A stretch of DNA of 64,000 nt, from assembly GCA_002633005.1 (NCBI GenBank), contig NMRA01000141.1, positions 731,609 through 795,608 of the forward strand, written 5' to 3'. Source of the stretch: Phoronis australis. Lineage: Eukaryota > Animalia > Phoronida. Positions 40,301 through 54,364 of the stretch are shown here, in pieces (positions within the stretch are counted from its first letter, which is position 1; each line of letters begins with the position of its first letter). A model generated the notes under the pieces. It did not search any database. It worked only from the letters and a program-made list of their open reading frames with translations, and was not told the origin of the DNA. A program made the translations under genes and the position numbers.

Positions 40301-43300
40301 AAAATTATATTTGAGGGAGCATCAGAATGGAATACAGTGTTGCGGTAGTGATGAATTGTCTTGCTTTCTTCCTCCGAATGTTACACCTACAGCACAAACC
40401 AATTGTGTGCACTAGAACTGGCAGCAGCCTGGCGTATTCAATAGGGAACACATTTAAAATTGTTGGGTGGACACGAAACGCGCAGTGAGCTGGGAGCACT
40501 TTGTAATGAAAAGTTGGAAAACACCAGGGATGGTACCGGGGCATGATGACCACCAGTCATTACAAGAAAAAGTCCTTTTGGTCATGCTCAAAACGAGGGC
40601 CAAATCTTATCACCACCTCAGCACATGCTGTCAATGGTCAGGGGACCAATCAAAATCTGTGACGAATGGGAGGAGCTCAACACTCATGTGACGTACAACA
40701 TTGGTTTTTACCTGTTTAGCATTCCTCCCATGTACCTCCTCCTGGGAGGGGGTCAACACCCATTTTGCGCTCACCTGGTTTGAACTCCTCCCTTGTACCT
40801 GTTTGCAGACACCTGGGGGCAACTCCCCTCTGAACCCCCAGAAGCAATCACTATTATGTTTTCCACGGAGGTATGAAATGTTATGAGGAACGGTAATTTG
40901 CCTTATCCTAAGAACTCAAACAATGTAACAAAGCCATGAATGCTTTTGAAGTGAGCTTCAAGAGAATGAAAGCAAAACACTTCAATATTGGTTTAAACAC
41001 ACATTTTCATTTTCATTCGATTATAAGTGGGTGATAGTTTACTTAGTTTGCCTATTTTCAATCACACAGTAATATTATTGCACGTCGAACGTCATTAAAG
41101 TATGAATTTATCAGTGTTTACATGGTTCGGATTGCGCCACTAAATTAGTGTTGCTTATTCACCATTTGAGGCGCTAGTTTTTCGACCAATAACCATTGCG
41201 GCAAATGGCAAGGAGGCGGAGTGAACTCTCCTATTCTTCGTATGTGCCTACTCCTTGGTGGAATTCGCGCAAGTTTTGGTTGTTCCGATCAACGCGTTAA
41301 GGATTTCCCTAGTTATAGTTCATGGCGAGATTGATAGCATACCCGCCAATGTGTTATGCAATGGATCCCATGCAATTTTCGAACATTATATGAGTAAAAA
41401 TTCCCACGCCTGATCTATACTGCCAAAAAGAACCAATTAAATAATCTGTTTTTCGAATTACCGGTCTTCTAAATCATTAGACAGATTTTAAGGAAGAATC
41501 ACGGGAGACAACTTCCAAAAACAAGTAGTTTGTCCAGCTAACTTCCATATACACTGTATGTTGTCAGGGAAATGGGTCCAGAGATTCTGAACGCATATAA
41601 CCTACGAACAGTGCAGCCATTTTGACGGCGAGCAGCTTTCTTTTCACTGCTTTTCTCTTCTTTGAACGATACATTATACTATTGTGACAATCCCCGAAAT
41701 TGAGTCAATTTCCGTTCCTTACACTTACTCTTTTAAGGACTAACTTTTGAACTACATAAGTTTGTGTTACCTGAATTTCTCGGCGATGTTGTTTGAACTT
41801 CCGTAATGTTCTCTATTGGAGCATTTGTTGTTTGTTGAAGAGTCATGGATCGCTGTTTCGTCACCGTCATTGTTGTTGTTATTGAGGTTGTTGTCATTCT
41901 TATAGTTATTGTTGTTGTTGCTGCAGTTGTTGCTGCAGTTGTTGTTGCTGCAGTTGTTGATGCTGCAGTTGTTGTTTCTGCAGTTGTTGTTGCTGCAGTT
42001 GTTGTTGCTGCAGTTGTTGTTGTTGTTTTCATCGTAGTGGTTGTTGTTGGTGTAGTCGTAGTTGTCATTGCGGTTGGTTTGGATGGTGTCGTTGGTACCG
42101 GGTAACATGAGTTCGGTACATCGAAATCTGAAAAGTATCAATCTGCCTATATTTTATGCCACACGTGGTGCGGGCAATGGTGATGATGGTTTCAACGGTT
42201 ACTCTTGTAACTGTTCAAAATATTCGAGCATGGTTATAGAAGCGATAGCATCAACTGTTTTCCCACAGGTCTTTGCTGCGTCTGCTGAATTTCTAATACC
42301 GTGTTCAGATATGGAATTTTTATTGCAAGGCATATAGGGCGTCTGATCAGAAGGCAGGCCAGGAGCCTTCTTCCGAGAACAATAACGTGCAAAATGTTTT
42401 ATTCTATACAATTCACCGTAGGCAGAATGAGCTTAACTGCAATCACGTCATTTTCACTTAGGCTTGTCACGGTAAGAAAACAGACCTGCGTTCTCAGTTA
42501 GCCCGGCCGGACGATGACAACCCATATAGGACGTTAGACATACGTAATTTTTCAGATTAGACGTTCGATATGCCTTCGGATCGGGTGGCATTCTATTCAT
42601 GCTTTGTAAGATCAATTTCAGTGTTCACATTTTGAAGACAATAGCCTGAGTACAGCTGCGTGAAAAAAGTTCATATAACGTCGCTGAGCAATGTAAGCTT
42701 ATCTGAAGCCAGCTTTTAACTCATCAGTTCTATTTATGACCAACTAAGATACTTTACCAGGAGTACGACATATGATTCCAGCCGCTTGATTGTTCACGCA
42801 TTCATGATTGTTCCACCCGTCGTGCCTACAAAGTTCCAGCGATGCCTCACTTCCGGTGCATTCCACATTTTGAAGTCGGTGCTGTCCGTTGCCATCTCCG
42901 TAACAAGAATTAGGTAATGCGGCCAAGGCCCCTCTAGAAGTTTTGGAATAAAAATATATCAGACTAGACAGGTTATGGCGGATATTTTGATACCTCCTTG
43001 CGCAAAAATCATAAACATCTAGAGTTAAACTCGCATAAACCTGACACGGATAAGTCGAATTTTCGCTTAGCTTGAACAAAGTAACGGAGCTCGTCAGCTG
43101 TTCTGGTTCTTGCATTCAGCTTTTCAAATAATTCCAGTTTCACCTTATTCGTATAGAATCCCTCAGTTCAGTTACGCGAGGTCCGTCTTGTGCTCGTTTC
43201 ACTTCGTACCTTTAAATGGCATAAATAAAATGAACAAAGTTGAACAGAATTACACGAATGTATCTCAGATAACACTTCAACTGTTCATAAAAAATACTTC

Positions 43301-46300
43301 GATTTTCCTACGTAAATTTGTTCTGCCTTTGTTCTCGCAAAAATGTGCGAGGCCAGTGACCTTCGACCTCTCCGGCTGTCAAACCGCACAACCTTCAGAT
43401 ACCGCCAAACTCACAAGTTCATTTCTCCTGGCATGTCATCATAGAGTTTAGGCATGACGTACAACAACTCGACACTTTGGTAAAATTTACATGTACTACT
43501 AAGACGCTGCATAGATTGTCAGATTTTCAAAGAGAATGTGGCAATTCAGGAAAGTGAGTTTTTATAATGATGCCAACAAGTCAAGATCATTTGAATATTT
43601 TTGAGATCCTAATCTTAACCCTTCAATTGGTTAATTAGTCAAACGCTGAAAATAAGTTTAGGTTTACGCTTAAAATCAATGTAAGTAACTATTAACGCCA
43701 AGCTAGTTCTAGAAGACGGGATGGAAATACAAATCCACCCGGCTGTCTACCAGAGCAACTCCGGCAGTTCCAGAAATGCTCAACGCGTCTTGCCTGACGA
43801 TCCAGCGCTCAATTTGTTCTGCAGAAGTTTCTTCTAGCGTCTCTCCGCCTTCTTACATAAACTCACGGCTAGCGCTTGGCTTTTTACGCTGGCCTTAACT
43901 ATAGGGGTCCGTTTCATGAAAAGTGACTTCAGACTTACCGGTATTATTTTTAGCCAAATTAGAAGCACGAAGTTGAAAAAACAACGCCAGAGTACACCAA
44001 AAACGACGTTTCGATATTAGGCAAAAATCATCCTCGGTACAAGAGTGAAACAGAATAGATTAGAATTTGGTCTTACGCTCCCATTTCACAATTGGTGAAA
44101 AAACGATTAAGTCAAGAATTTATGAACGCATCAGTCTAGAAATAATTTTTAAAAATTTTATCACTAACTAGTAGTTTTGCGTATATTCTCAGAGACATTG
44201 CACTTTTGCTCAAGAGAGATTTAAATTATTTTCAGAAATATTTGTGTGGAGCGCAAGACCACATTTCTGATGACAGGGAAGCGTTCCGTAGACTTAAAAA
44301 CCTCGTTAAAACGCAAGATCACCCAAGATTTTGCGAGCACGCATTACAAGCGAAACGCGTGACAAATTTTACACTAGCTTCACTCGCACTATTACAGATC
44401 CACTCACCACTGCCGTTGACCATTTTAACGTCGCCTTGCAACACAACCGCTCATGAGGTCACCGCCTCGATTTCAATTAACTTTGACCGCAAACCTTCGT
44501 TAGGAATTGATGGTTGATGAACAATTCACAAATACATGCCAAATTTAGCTGTTTTGCCAATAACTTCAAACAGTCAATTTACCTCAAAATAACCCCAAAA
44601 TGTGTTTCCGACATAAAACCGATTGTCATGATTGTTTCCTTTTAAGAAAAAGTGACAAATGTACTTATTAAAACATGACCTAGTTTTAGCAGGAACATGC
44701 AGCAGGCGTGTGTCAAATCGACAAAGAGGACGTCAAGTTGAGACCCATGTTAATTATCTTTTGCTATAGGCTCTTTCAAGTATTCGATTCCACAGATGAT
44801 TTCATCAGTTTATTTTTGTTGCAGTGTAGCGGTGTAACTTAGTTGTTTAGACAAAAAGGATCACAAATGTCTCTTCTCTGTCTTAGAGGACAAGTTGTAG
44901 TTTATGTTTAGTTGCAGCGCTACCCTATGCATTATACTCACGTGAATCCGAGTTGCTTACACACCACTGTCGCATCAGCAATGTCCCAGCCAGACTCACA
45001 TACAATTCCCCATCCACCATGGTTCTCCTCAAATACCTCCACGCGACCGTCTGCCGGGGTATGGCCCTCGACAATGCGAACAATGATGGGCGGCCCTGAA
45101 CGGGAATTAGAACTTTCTAGTTTCTTTGTAACGTATATGCGCGTGCTTAGACCCATATGGGCATTGTTTCGGATACAGGCCCATGGGCCTTAATCCTTGC
45201 GTATAAGGTATCATTCACTTGATTATCATTACCGATAAGTTCTTGTCTTGGCTTTAATTACAAGAGTGAATAAAATTCTTAAAATAAAGAGATAAACAAC
45301 AATAAAAAATCACAACAGGCACTGACATAAATATATAGAATGTTGAATAGGGAATACTTCAATAAATTATGTCAGGTTTCGAAAACGTAAGCTAATTGAA
45401 GAGAGCAACAAGCTTGAGCAAACAAATATTTACGTATCATAGTCACTCAAGTACTTCAATGAACAGCATGAAACAGAAGGGATCACCTGACACGATTATG
45501 CTGTCTCCCAACAGCATTGTGAAGGTGGCATCCTGGGAAAATTTCATGCAGATCGTGATTGATTCCTCACATGTCATGAGAGGTAAGCTCCCATAAGTAA
45601 TAGTTTTTATATGCGCTAACTGCGAAGCGATACCGAAGCTACAGTTTAGTTTACAATGAAACAACACGTGTAGATGAGATAAAAGGTCATATATATTATG
45701 ACAAACTAAACTACTACAGATATCGGTAATTACAAAAGTTATATAATATGTTGAACTGTAAAGGTGGGTGACAATCTGCCAATCTGCCTAGCAGCAATGA
45801 AGGTATACATAAATGGTGAATAGAAAGTTAAGTAATAATATGCGGAAGCATAACAGCAACACCGGGACAGCGACATGGAGAAGGTAAGGATAAACAGGGA
45901 AGTGATAAAAATTGGTTTGAGGGAGGGAGGGAAAGAGAAATTGAGTGAAAACCAAAATTTGGAGAGAATTGTGGACGATGGCCCAGTGTTGCGACGAGAC
46001 AAAGAGATCACGTGGTACAATTAAACCAATAATCGTAGAACAAAGAGGGTCACTGACCCGAGAATCCAAGCAATATGATAGTGAGGACGAAGCAGTATAG
46101 CGTACATAAAATAATTTAATATTTAAATAATTTTTATATGCGCTAACTGCGAAGCGATACCGAAGCTAGTTTACAGTGAAACAACACGTGTAGCTTTTTA
46201 TTGCCCATCTTTCCAGAGATTATTATTTTATCTTTATGTTATTTGTACACTCATATTTCTGTACCTTATCAGTCATAATAAATGACCTTATATCGCCTAC

Positions 46301-49300
46301 ACACGGTCTCCTTTCTATCTCTGGAAACGGAGCTTGCGACGCACCTATTATTTTCGGGACATATTCCGAACTTAAAAGGTCATGTATATTATGACAAACT
46401 AAACTACTACAGATATCGGTTATTACAAAAGTTATATAAATAGTTTAAATAAAAGAAATTTATGACCCCATCTAGAAGACTCAGTGTACCCTTCGCCACT
46501 TTTATAGCGGTGTGAGTTATGGAATTATTGGAGACGAATTTGAGGATTTTGTCGTTGAACTGGAAAACTGAAGGAATTTGAAGAGGATCACTAATTGCTA
46601 AAGGTGGAAGAGTACAAGCTGCCACGGTTTCTTGGCACTCAATCAGCGACTCAAGAAAACGCTTCGGAATTTATTGCGGTTGGCCAATCCTGAATTTACG
46701 AATTCTAACATGGCGCATATACGCATTGCCTGTGAATTCAATTGCTCTTTCGGCAAGAATTCAGGATAGGTTGAGAGTAATGTTTTTAAATCCCAAAGCG
46801 CTTTAGCTTGGAATTCAACATTGACAACCAAACAGTGGGGAAAACCCCATAAAGTAAATCTACGTAGCAAGTATCGAGATGTGCAACCTTTGCTGAAATT
46901 TTGCTTTCAGAGTGTTCATTGTTAGTATGTCGTTACTACATGTTTTTGAGAACTAGAGACATGTAGGGGATAGATTTTTAGTCTGATAAGTGACTAGTAA
47001 AGTTTTGTTCCCTTTCAGATGGTGTCCATCATCCAGAGCAGTTGACAGTTTGGTCATGACACTCAAAAAATAGTAAAATACTGCATGAGGCCTAATTTGT
47101 ATAAGCAGAGTAACATGCCTCGATTTGAGTTAAAGAGTTAGTACTTTCCCAAAGGGTTAACACAACTGCATAAGGAATGATAAGTTTGGCTAGTTTTTGA
47201 TAAATATTTTTGGACACCGCGTGAGTCTTCACGCCTTGTGAGTTTCACACCGTACGCCGGTATATGCTAACTCGTCAAATGGTATTCATAGTCCAACTTT
47301 TGACTTACGAGCCATTGGTCTGTCCTCTATGACGTCATACTGCAGAATAAAGCCCGCCTCTGTGTCGCTGTCGTCACTGACAAACTTAAACACAACGGTC
47401 CCCGGGCCAAACCTGTACGGAGGGATGAGTGTATAATCGTCACACCACCTGGCGGTAAGAACATGTCATCGTTATGATCATCATCGCTTTCCTTACTATT
47501 TTTCAGCACATTTTGATAACCAGTTTTCTCTACTGAATAACAGGGCATCAAACCAAATCCGGGACTCTTGTAAGAGTCTAGTGCTCTCTCTTGAGAAGTG
47601 ATGTCCACTTTTTTATTCTGTATTATCACCTGCATGGTTATATTGTGTTTCTTGCTATGCAATGACATGGTTATACGGTGGGCACTCGTGTGGAGGAGGG
47701 GATGGGGGTGGGGGTGGGGGTGGGGGAGGGAAGGAGGGAGGGAGGGAGGGAAGGAGGGAGGGAGGGAGAAAGAGAGAGAGATGTGAAGAACCACAGGCAT
47801 CCCTATAATTAACAGTCATGCCAAGATTAAAAAAACGACGATTGCAAACCATGACTTTTAAAATGTAAGCCAATTTTCATTCCGAGTACTTACCTTGCGC
47901 TTAACGCACCGTTGACCTCAACATACAAATGGTCGTAGCTGCAAGAGTCGCCTTCTAAAGCAAACCTGGCGTCAGACCAAACGCGTAAAAGATAACCGTT
48001 TTGAATTTGAAAGCTCCACCGACACGTTATGAAAGTTGGGTACGACTGCGGATAATCCGGTGATGTAAAGTGGCCTGAACTGGACGGCTGTAGAATACCA
48101 AAGTCCTTGGAGCAGTCCTGTTGTCCATCTGAAACGACGAGCAGGTCATCGTCCAATACATACGGCGTCTGAAATGAGCTGCTTGTGAGAGGGCCAGTTT
48201 TCCCCTTCACAGCGTCATCGTTATCATCTTCATGAGAGTAATTTATAAATTATAGCTTCTAAAACTTACTCTAAAATAGTTCTCCCGGCGTTGCGGATCA
48301 GCCTGGCTCCTTGTACTGGGGCGTTGAGATTCCAATCCCCAGTAGAAAGAGACAGACGGCTTAGCAACGTCGGGGAAACCATTTTACAGTAAGTTTCAGA
48401 AGTAACGACTTACAAGTTATTCTCATTTAGTAAATCACCTGGATGAATGATTATGTGTATCAACTAATCATTATCATCTCGATCGACTTTGTAACCAACA
48501 TATTCATCTTCATCTTCATCACACCATCGTGACCGCCGACATCATCAGCACAACATTCGCTATCACCTTCATGATGATCATAATCGTTGTCGTCATCACC
48601 ACTGTCATCGTTACAACCATCTTCGCTATCATCACTATTATCGACATCTTTTTGATTTCCATCTCAGTCATCATCCACGCCATGAAAGTCCATATCGAGA
48701 TTGCAGTGTGGCAACACCTATCGATTTTCAGACAATTCAACCACGGTAGGACCTCCTAGTGACAATTTTGGTCTGGATAAGGGGCTTTAAGTACTTTGTA
48801 TACATTTCTCTACATAACCTACCGTTGTAATTGCCCGGGTTACGCTTCCTCGGATGGAACCTGTCAGTATTCCCATACTGCCAACGTTTTTTCCATGCCC
48901 ATCTTGCAGTCTTCATTAGTTCTTCTACTTAAGCCATAATAAATGACATTATTCGCAATCCTTATCTTGTTTTACTTTGCAACATAGCTCGTCGCGTACC
49001 CCGGGGAATATAGATTATGATAAAAGTACTTGAGTTTTGGATGAAGAACATTTCTGGATAATAACTAAACAACAAGTGGACGGATTTCAATGAAACTTGA
49101 CACAGATGTATGTGACGGCAATGCGCAAGCACCAGGCCATTTTGTTCGGTTTTCCTGTTTTCCATTTGTCTGCTCGATATATTAAAAAACCTTGTCATGC
49201 TTTGATGAAATCTGTTCAGTGGTATAGGGCATCATTAGGGCGGTGCATGCCTCTTTTCGATCTACTCCTCCCGGGGTCAGAGAGCGAGGCTTCTCAGTTT

Positions 49301-51570
49301 TTTTGTAGGAGCATTCCGGATGAGATCTAGGAAACTGATTGAGGTAATTCATAAAAATTTGACACATTGATATATCACGGCCATCGCCGGCACCAGTCGA
49401 TTTTCAAACGAGTGCGACCTCTGCAGCACACCCTACTGATCAATTTGGTCTCGACAATAGATTTGTTCGGTATTTTTGGAAGGTGGATTTCTGGACGATA
49501 TTCAGAGAACCAATTGACAGATTTTATTGAAACTTGACACGGAAGTGTGTACCGGCAATGTACCTGCAATAGGCTATTTAGTTTCCGGGAGATTCGACTC
49601 ATCAGCTCACCCTGTGACTATTTCGTGGAGATTATCTCAGGTTTCATCAAATGACATGCCCCCTCTGTCATTTTGTGTTGATATTTTTATCCGCTAAAGC
49701 TCACAGGTTGTACTTTGTAAAAATAAACTACCCTTGCCAATTTTTATGCCTAGTGCTGTGTTCCTTCGTGGAAGTGAAGTTGAATTTCTTTGTTGAAAAT
49801 GTTGAAAGCTTTTCATATTTTAAACTTGATGTTAAAAATGTTGGAGTATCAATACTTATGTGTCAATTTTAACTATTGTTCATGAAAGATATAACAAAAC
49901 ACAAATTTATGTTTCGTTGTATCTTTCACAAACTTAATAAGCACTTCTAGAAACATATCGTTTGCGGTTCACTGTGGGCGCATTTCAACTCTTTGTGGAT
50001 GTCTTGTTAAATTAAGGACTGTCACTTGTAGGTCTGTTTATCCAATCTCGAGTTCCGTGCCTCCATTTGCATGACCAAATCTGATTTCAAGACGTCAATA
50101 AATTTTTACATTTACACATTTTGTGCTACTTTTTGTCTATGTTATGCGATCCCTGAACGGGTTGGCGGTCAAAGGATCTGATTATTTTACTAAATCAAAA
50201 AAGATACATTGCCGGTTTTATTTTATTTAGTTGATGATTTATGTGTTTCCCCGAGGCCACGATTACAATGTAATTGATTAATTTCTGCAATGAGTCAAGT
50301 CGTGTCTAGTAGAGATCTTATTACATGTGGATTCGCATACAACCCAACCCCCGTAGAACGAGCACATGAAAATATCTGTCGTTGATCAAAATCACTACTT
50401 TTTCGCTTCTGAGTGCAGTCACGGGGATAGAGCAGTGACATGTTTTCTGGGAATTGAAATGGGTCAGCCGACTTCAAGTCTTTTGTAGAATCAACACTCT
50501 AAACAATCATTTTGCATTAACTTACTCCTTTCTTAAGGCTACATTTTGCCCAGTTTAGCAACAGAAATCGAATTTGCCCGTTTCCTCGGATAAAACCGGT
50601 GTCACAATTCTTTACAGTGATAAGTCTATTTCAGTTGTCTACTCAAGTCACAGACAGTGTCTACATTCGCAGTTTCAGAGCTGGCCATCCCCGATGGACT
50701 ATGACGCGTTTTCTCGAGTCATTGGGGATTTCAATGTTTTTTGTAATGAAAATATGGTCCGATTAAGGTACGGAATATTATGAGGCCAATTTTATGTGAC
50801 TAACGCCTAATTTGATTTTCATTTTTAGCCAATTGAACAGGGCAAAACTCAGTTTCAAACACGAAGCTACAGAGCAATGTATTATTGTCTCGCCGTTCCT
50901 GTGTGGTGTAATGTATACAACAAAATAAAAACGTGTAATAAACTACGAACGGAAGTATTTTTATCAACCTTTTTGTTGACCATTTTTGTTGTAGTTTACC
51001 AAATCAGCAGCAAAAGCTTCTTTATAACATTACCTGGATGAGTGCAGACTGATCGGATGAAACATAGTGGATAAAATTGATAATCTAACTATACTGAAGT
51101 GGTGTTTCGTCCTATTTAGTTGGTTACGAAATTGGGTTCGAGCTTTTATTCGCATAACATCGATTTATAATATTCTTCAAAGTGACATTTTGTCTTTTAT
51201 AGCCACCTTAGCAAGAGGAAATGGAGATTTAAGATGTGGTCACATTCACAAGAATTTTTACTGGTGATTTTTTTTTCTCCAAACAAGATCTTTTACAAGA
51301 CACTATTATAACATGTTTCGTTTCCAAGAAACGAAACACATTTTGCTTTTATGTGACATCAAACAAATCTCTAGATCATAAGCTCAAATTGAAAGTATTA
51401 GCAGAATTCAAGTTGATCTGAAAAATTCCACGGGCTTTCAAATCGTTTTTTAATTCTGGAAATACGACAACGGTTGAATAATACACTTGTGCTCTGATGT
51501 TCGACTTACCCACTGCAGCAACAAATATTGCAGCAATTACTGTACATAATCTGAAGCGATCGCTAGCCAT
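36953..51570 (-). CDS. Spliced type-I membrane protein: signal peptide - CUB - SRCR - Thr-rich mucin stalk - TM - cytoplasmic Cys/His zinc-finger tail (~514 aa)
   Basis: Exons 51570-51510, 48128-47894, (47654-47497 tentative), 45095-44942, 42933-42758, 42127-41771, 37356-36953. Phases are compatible: 1545 nt with both CUB exons, 1152 nt without. Confidence 0.75.
39936..41232 (+). mobile_element. Non-autonomous THAP-bearing DNA transposon (ISL2EU/PHIS-like)
   Basis: TIR aggagagttcac / gtgaactctcct flanked by AT on both sides. Subterminal inverted pair tagcgcc..ggtgaataagcaac / gttgcttattcacc..ggcgcta. THAP start [23 protein letters not shown] at 40027. Superfamily call is tentative. Confidence 0.7.
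41771..42127 (-). CDS. Thr-rich mucin-like stalk exon
   Basis: 357 nt, phase 1-1; [25 protein letters not shown]...(TTTAA)n...TTSPRNS; contains a 15-bp repeat. Confidence 0.85.
42758..42933 (-). CDS. SRCR C-terminal half exon
   Basis: [45 protein letters not shown]; phase 2-1. Confidence 0.9.
44942..45095 (-). CDS. SRCR N-terminal half exon
   Basis: [46 protein letters not shown]; phase 1-2. Confidence 0.92.
45603..46439. repeat. Direct repeat pair (~140 bp); second copy interrupted
   Basis: 45603-45746 recurs as 46131-46193 plus 46374-46439, with ~180 bp intervening. Confidence 0.8.
47497..47654 (-). CDS. Tentative divergent CUB C-terminal half exon
   Basis: The only open phase 2-1 segment with AG/GTAAG that I found between the CUB and SRCR exons (..[22 protein letters not shown]). 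It lacks the usual CG motif. Confidence 0.35.
47695..47782 (+). repeat. G-rich simple repeat (GGGGGT)n(GGGA)n
   Basis: Visible runs of G. It forms a polypyrimidine tract on the - strand and has G-quadruplex potential on the + strand. Confidence 0.85.
47894..48128 (-). CDS. CUB domain N-terminal exon
   Basis: [37 protein letters not shown]...[15 protein letters not shown]; tttcag/gtaagt, phase 1-2. Confidence 0.88.
48500..48690. repeat. Degenerate (ATC)n low-complexity tract
   Basis: catc/atc-rich trinucleotide periodicity. Confidence 0.75.
51510..51570 (-). CDS. Exon 1, signal peptide
   Basis: [20 protein letters not shown], followed by a strong gtaagt donor in phase 1. Confidence 0.7.
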
Positions 51571-53532
51571 GACATGCGTTGTTAGTCTGCATAGCACGAT
51601 ATGTTCCCCTCTTATAGTCAAAGCCTTATTCGCGTTGTCATCTAGCGAGCTCATCAGAGCACACCAACTTAAGGTTACTATATTTAAAACAGGCGATTTG
51701 CCATGCGCTACTCCCTCTTTCTTGGCAGCCGTATCTTGCTGATTAAGGGCATATACGAGCGAATTGCCTACTTGTACGAAATAAATCCATTGACAGGGTT
51801 GACTATTAATTACCAACAAATACAAAATTAGCCTCAGTTGTTGTGGGAGACTGGAACAATTCCTGTTTAGCAAATCATCCTCTGAGTTAATTAGTGTTTT
51901 CCAAGATTATTTTTCTTCAAAGCAAAGTCGTTTGACGAGAACTTAGCGGTTGTCCTCAAATAAAAAAATCGACTGTTCCATTTTAAAACGGCTGTAAAAC
52001 AACGCTTCATCAAACAAACTTTTGACATGAGCAACTATATCGGAATTACATTTATTTAATAAAACTGACACACATCGAGCAACAAAATCCAATCCAGAAA
52101 CCAAGAGGAATTGTATCTGGCTTGGATATAACGCAATCAAACAGATATCATTGTACTTAGAGGAGTGACGGGTGTCTGATGACGTAATGCAAAGAATATC
52201 TGAAGATACGCGTGCGTTCGAAAAGACGTGCACTTAGTGCCAATCTGAATTACTTTTCATTGTCGACAAGAATATTGACTAAATACATTTGTACGAACCT
52301 TCTAGTAACATTAATAAGAAGCAATCCGTTATGAAAATGATCTAGGCTAAGACTGCCATTTAACACAGATCTTACTTTTGCACAATGTATCACTGAGAGA
52401 GAGAGCATCAGAAAGTTGCTTTCCTAATTTTCCCGATTGCACCATTTCAGGCTTGGGCCCTCGCTCAAATGAGGGAAGGTGCCTTGTTAGAGAGGAATTT
52501 TACCTCATCTTTATACTTCCCTTCCCCCAATCACAACCAGTTCCATCCTCGGTAGCGGAAAACCCTAGCTCATGGGCAAGTACCGATAGGTAAAGCTAAA
52601 GGTTACCGGAAGGGATTCTAACATTGAAGGTATTTTTAATCACTGGAAGAATGGAAATTAGCTTGACTTTTAAATGTTTTTCATAGAGAGTCCGATCGCT
52701 ATTCTGCCCCGCTATCGAAGCGCCGAGGGCGCTAGTCTCTACAAGCTGACTTGAGGCAACCAGTCATTTTATTCGTCAACATGGTGTCGAGCGACAACCA
52801 AATGTCAGTTATCTCCCCGAGCCCAACCACACTCAGCGTTGGGATCTGTACGTCGAGTGTATGTGCATTAAACTGTGCGACTTATGTCGAATACTGACTT
52901 TACAAAGCAGTTTGAATAACATACGAGATGGGTCACTGCTATCAGGTTTTACAAAATGCCCAGTGCATTTATCAAGTCGATCAAATACAAGGGATTCAAA
53001 TTAATCCGAAATTCTGTATGTACATGTATAACAGTTTTTAAAAGCAGAGCAGACAGCACAGACTGCTTCCCATGTGTTTTGGGATATAAAACCAAAATTC
53101 GTTACATAATGCATTTTATTAGCAGCTATTATGTAGAGAGACAGACAAAAGCCTTCAGGTACTTTTTTCAGATTGTGCCAAAACGCACATAAAAACACCC
53201 ATTAGTTCTATACACAAACGTTATCTTGTCTCACAAGATAAAAATTTAAAATCTTCAAGGCAAAATAGTTGCTCCCAGAAAACTTTGGTACGGAAAAATA
53301 TACGACTAGTGATATGTATCGATACAACAGGTTGAAGGCACATCAAACTAAATACAAACAGTTCTGAGGAATGAACCAGGCCATAGCCGTCATATATTCG
53401 AATTCCTTCAAAAAACTTAAATTTTGATATAGACCACTTGTCACTTTAAAACTGATATGGACTTGTTCTTAACTTATAGGCAAAGTGGTTTCTGGTCCTT
53501 GGGAAAAATGATAGCAAAGAAAGGAAGTTTAT

Positions 53533-53758
53533 CAGGGCTTGGAATGACAAATGACAAAAAGAGGAAAATTTACCAGGTGACCTATGATTTAAAAAATTTA
53601 TAAGCTTGATAGAAGTATTTTTGTGCGTCTACAAAAATTTTTTTACACAAATAAAGTGAAAATAATGATGACAAAAAGAGGAAATTGGAAATCAAATAAG
53701 AGGAAATAGAGACCAAAAAAGAGGAAATCCTCTTAAAAGAGGAAAATTCCAGGCTCTG
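53533..53758. mobile_element. MITE with CAGGGCTTGGAAT termini (downstream of alpha-catenin stop)
   Basis: cagggcttggaat...attccaggctctg; flanks gtttat / atttat (near-perfect 6-bp TSD); internal aaaagaggaaa repeats. Confidence 0.7.
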
Positions 53759-54364
53759 ATTTATACCCTCTGTAAGGCACTCCATCCAAGTTCTGTTACA
53801 ACACTGATTTTTCAGAAATTTCCACCCGTCCACAGCTAAAATAGCTATAAATCAAGAACTTTGTATGAAAAACCAACTAATAGCAATAGCTAAACAGCTC
53901 CAATCACAGAAAGTAAACAAGGCTAAAATTACATTTGTAGAAAGCAGTTGCACAAGCGTGACATATTGCTAAACACGGGAAGACTTCAGTGTCCAAGTCA
54001 AATCTCGCTTCACAATCCATTATAATAGTTTTAAAGGAGGGTAATATATAAAATTTTCAAACATTTCTCAATAAGTCAACCTTCTCAAAGAACCCATCCA
54101 GACCAAGAGTACTTTAGTCTTGACAATGTTTCCTCGTAATATAATATCTCACCACTAAAAATGTGCTTTTGCTTCTACACATATGTCAGTCAAGATGTCA
54201 AGATTTAGTATTTTACACTAAAAATGTTTACACTGGTACAGCACAGCAACAAATATACACCTCCTGTACTAGAACACATAAGGTACAAATATAAAGTGCT
54301 TTGTAATAGAAAACGTTACAGCAACAATCACTAGCTACATAAACACTTGATATTCCCATGTTAT

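Noticed and set aside
41767-42141. Asn/Cys-rich and Val/Ala-rich ORFs
   Set aside because: These are alternative frames and the opposite strand of the Thr-rich mucin exon; only the Thr frame fits the splice phases.
48960-49640. Helitron/Helentron-associated repeat with recurring gattt..tgaaacttgacac motifs
   Set aside because: Repetitive character is visible, but termini and hairpin could not be defined; family unsupported without a library search.
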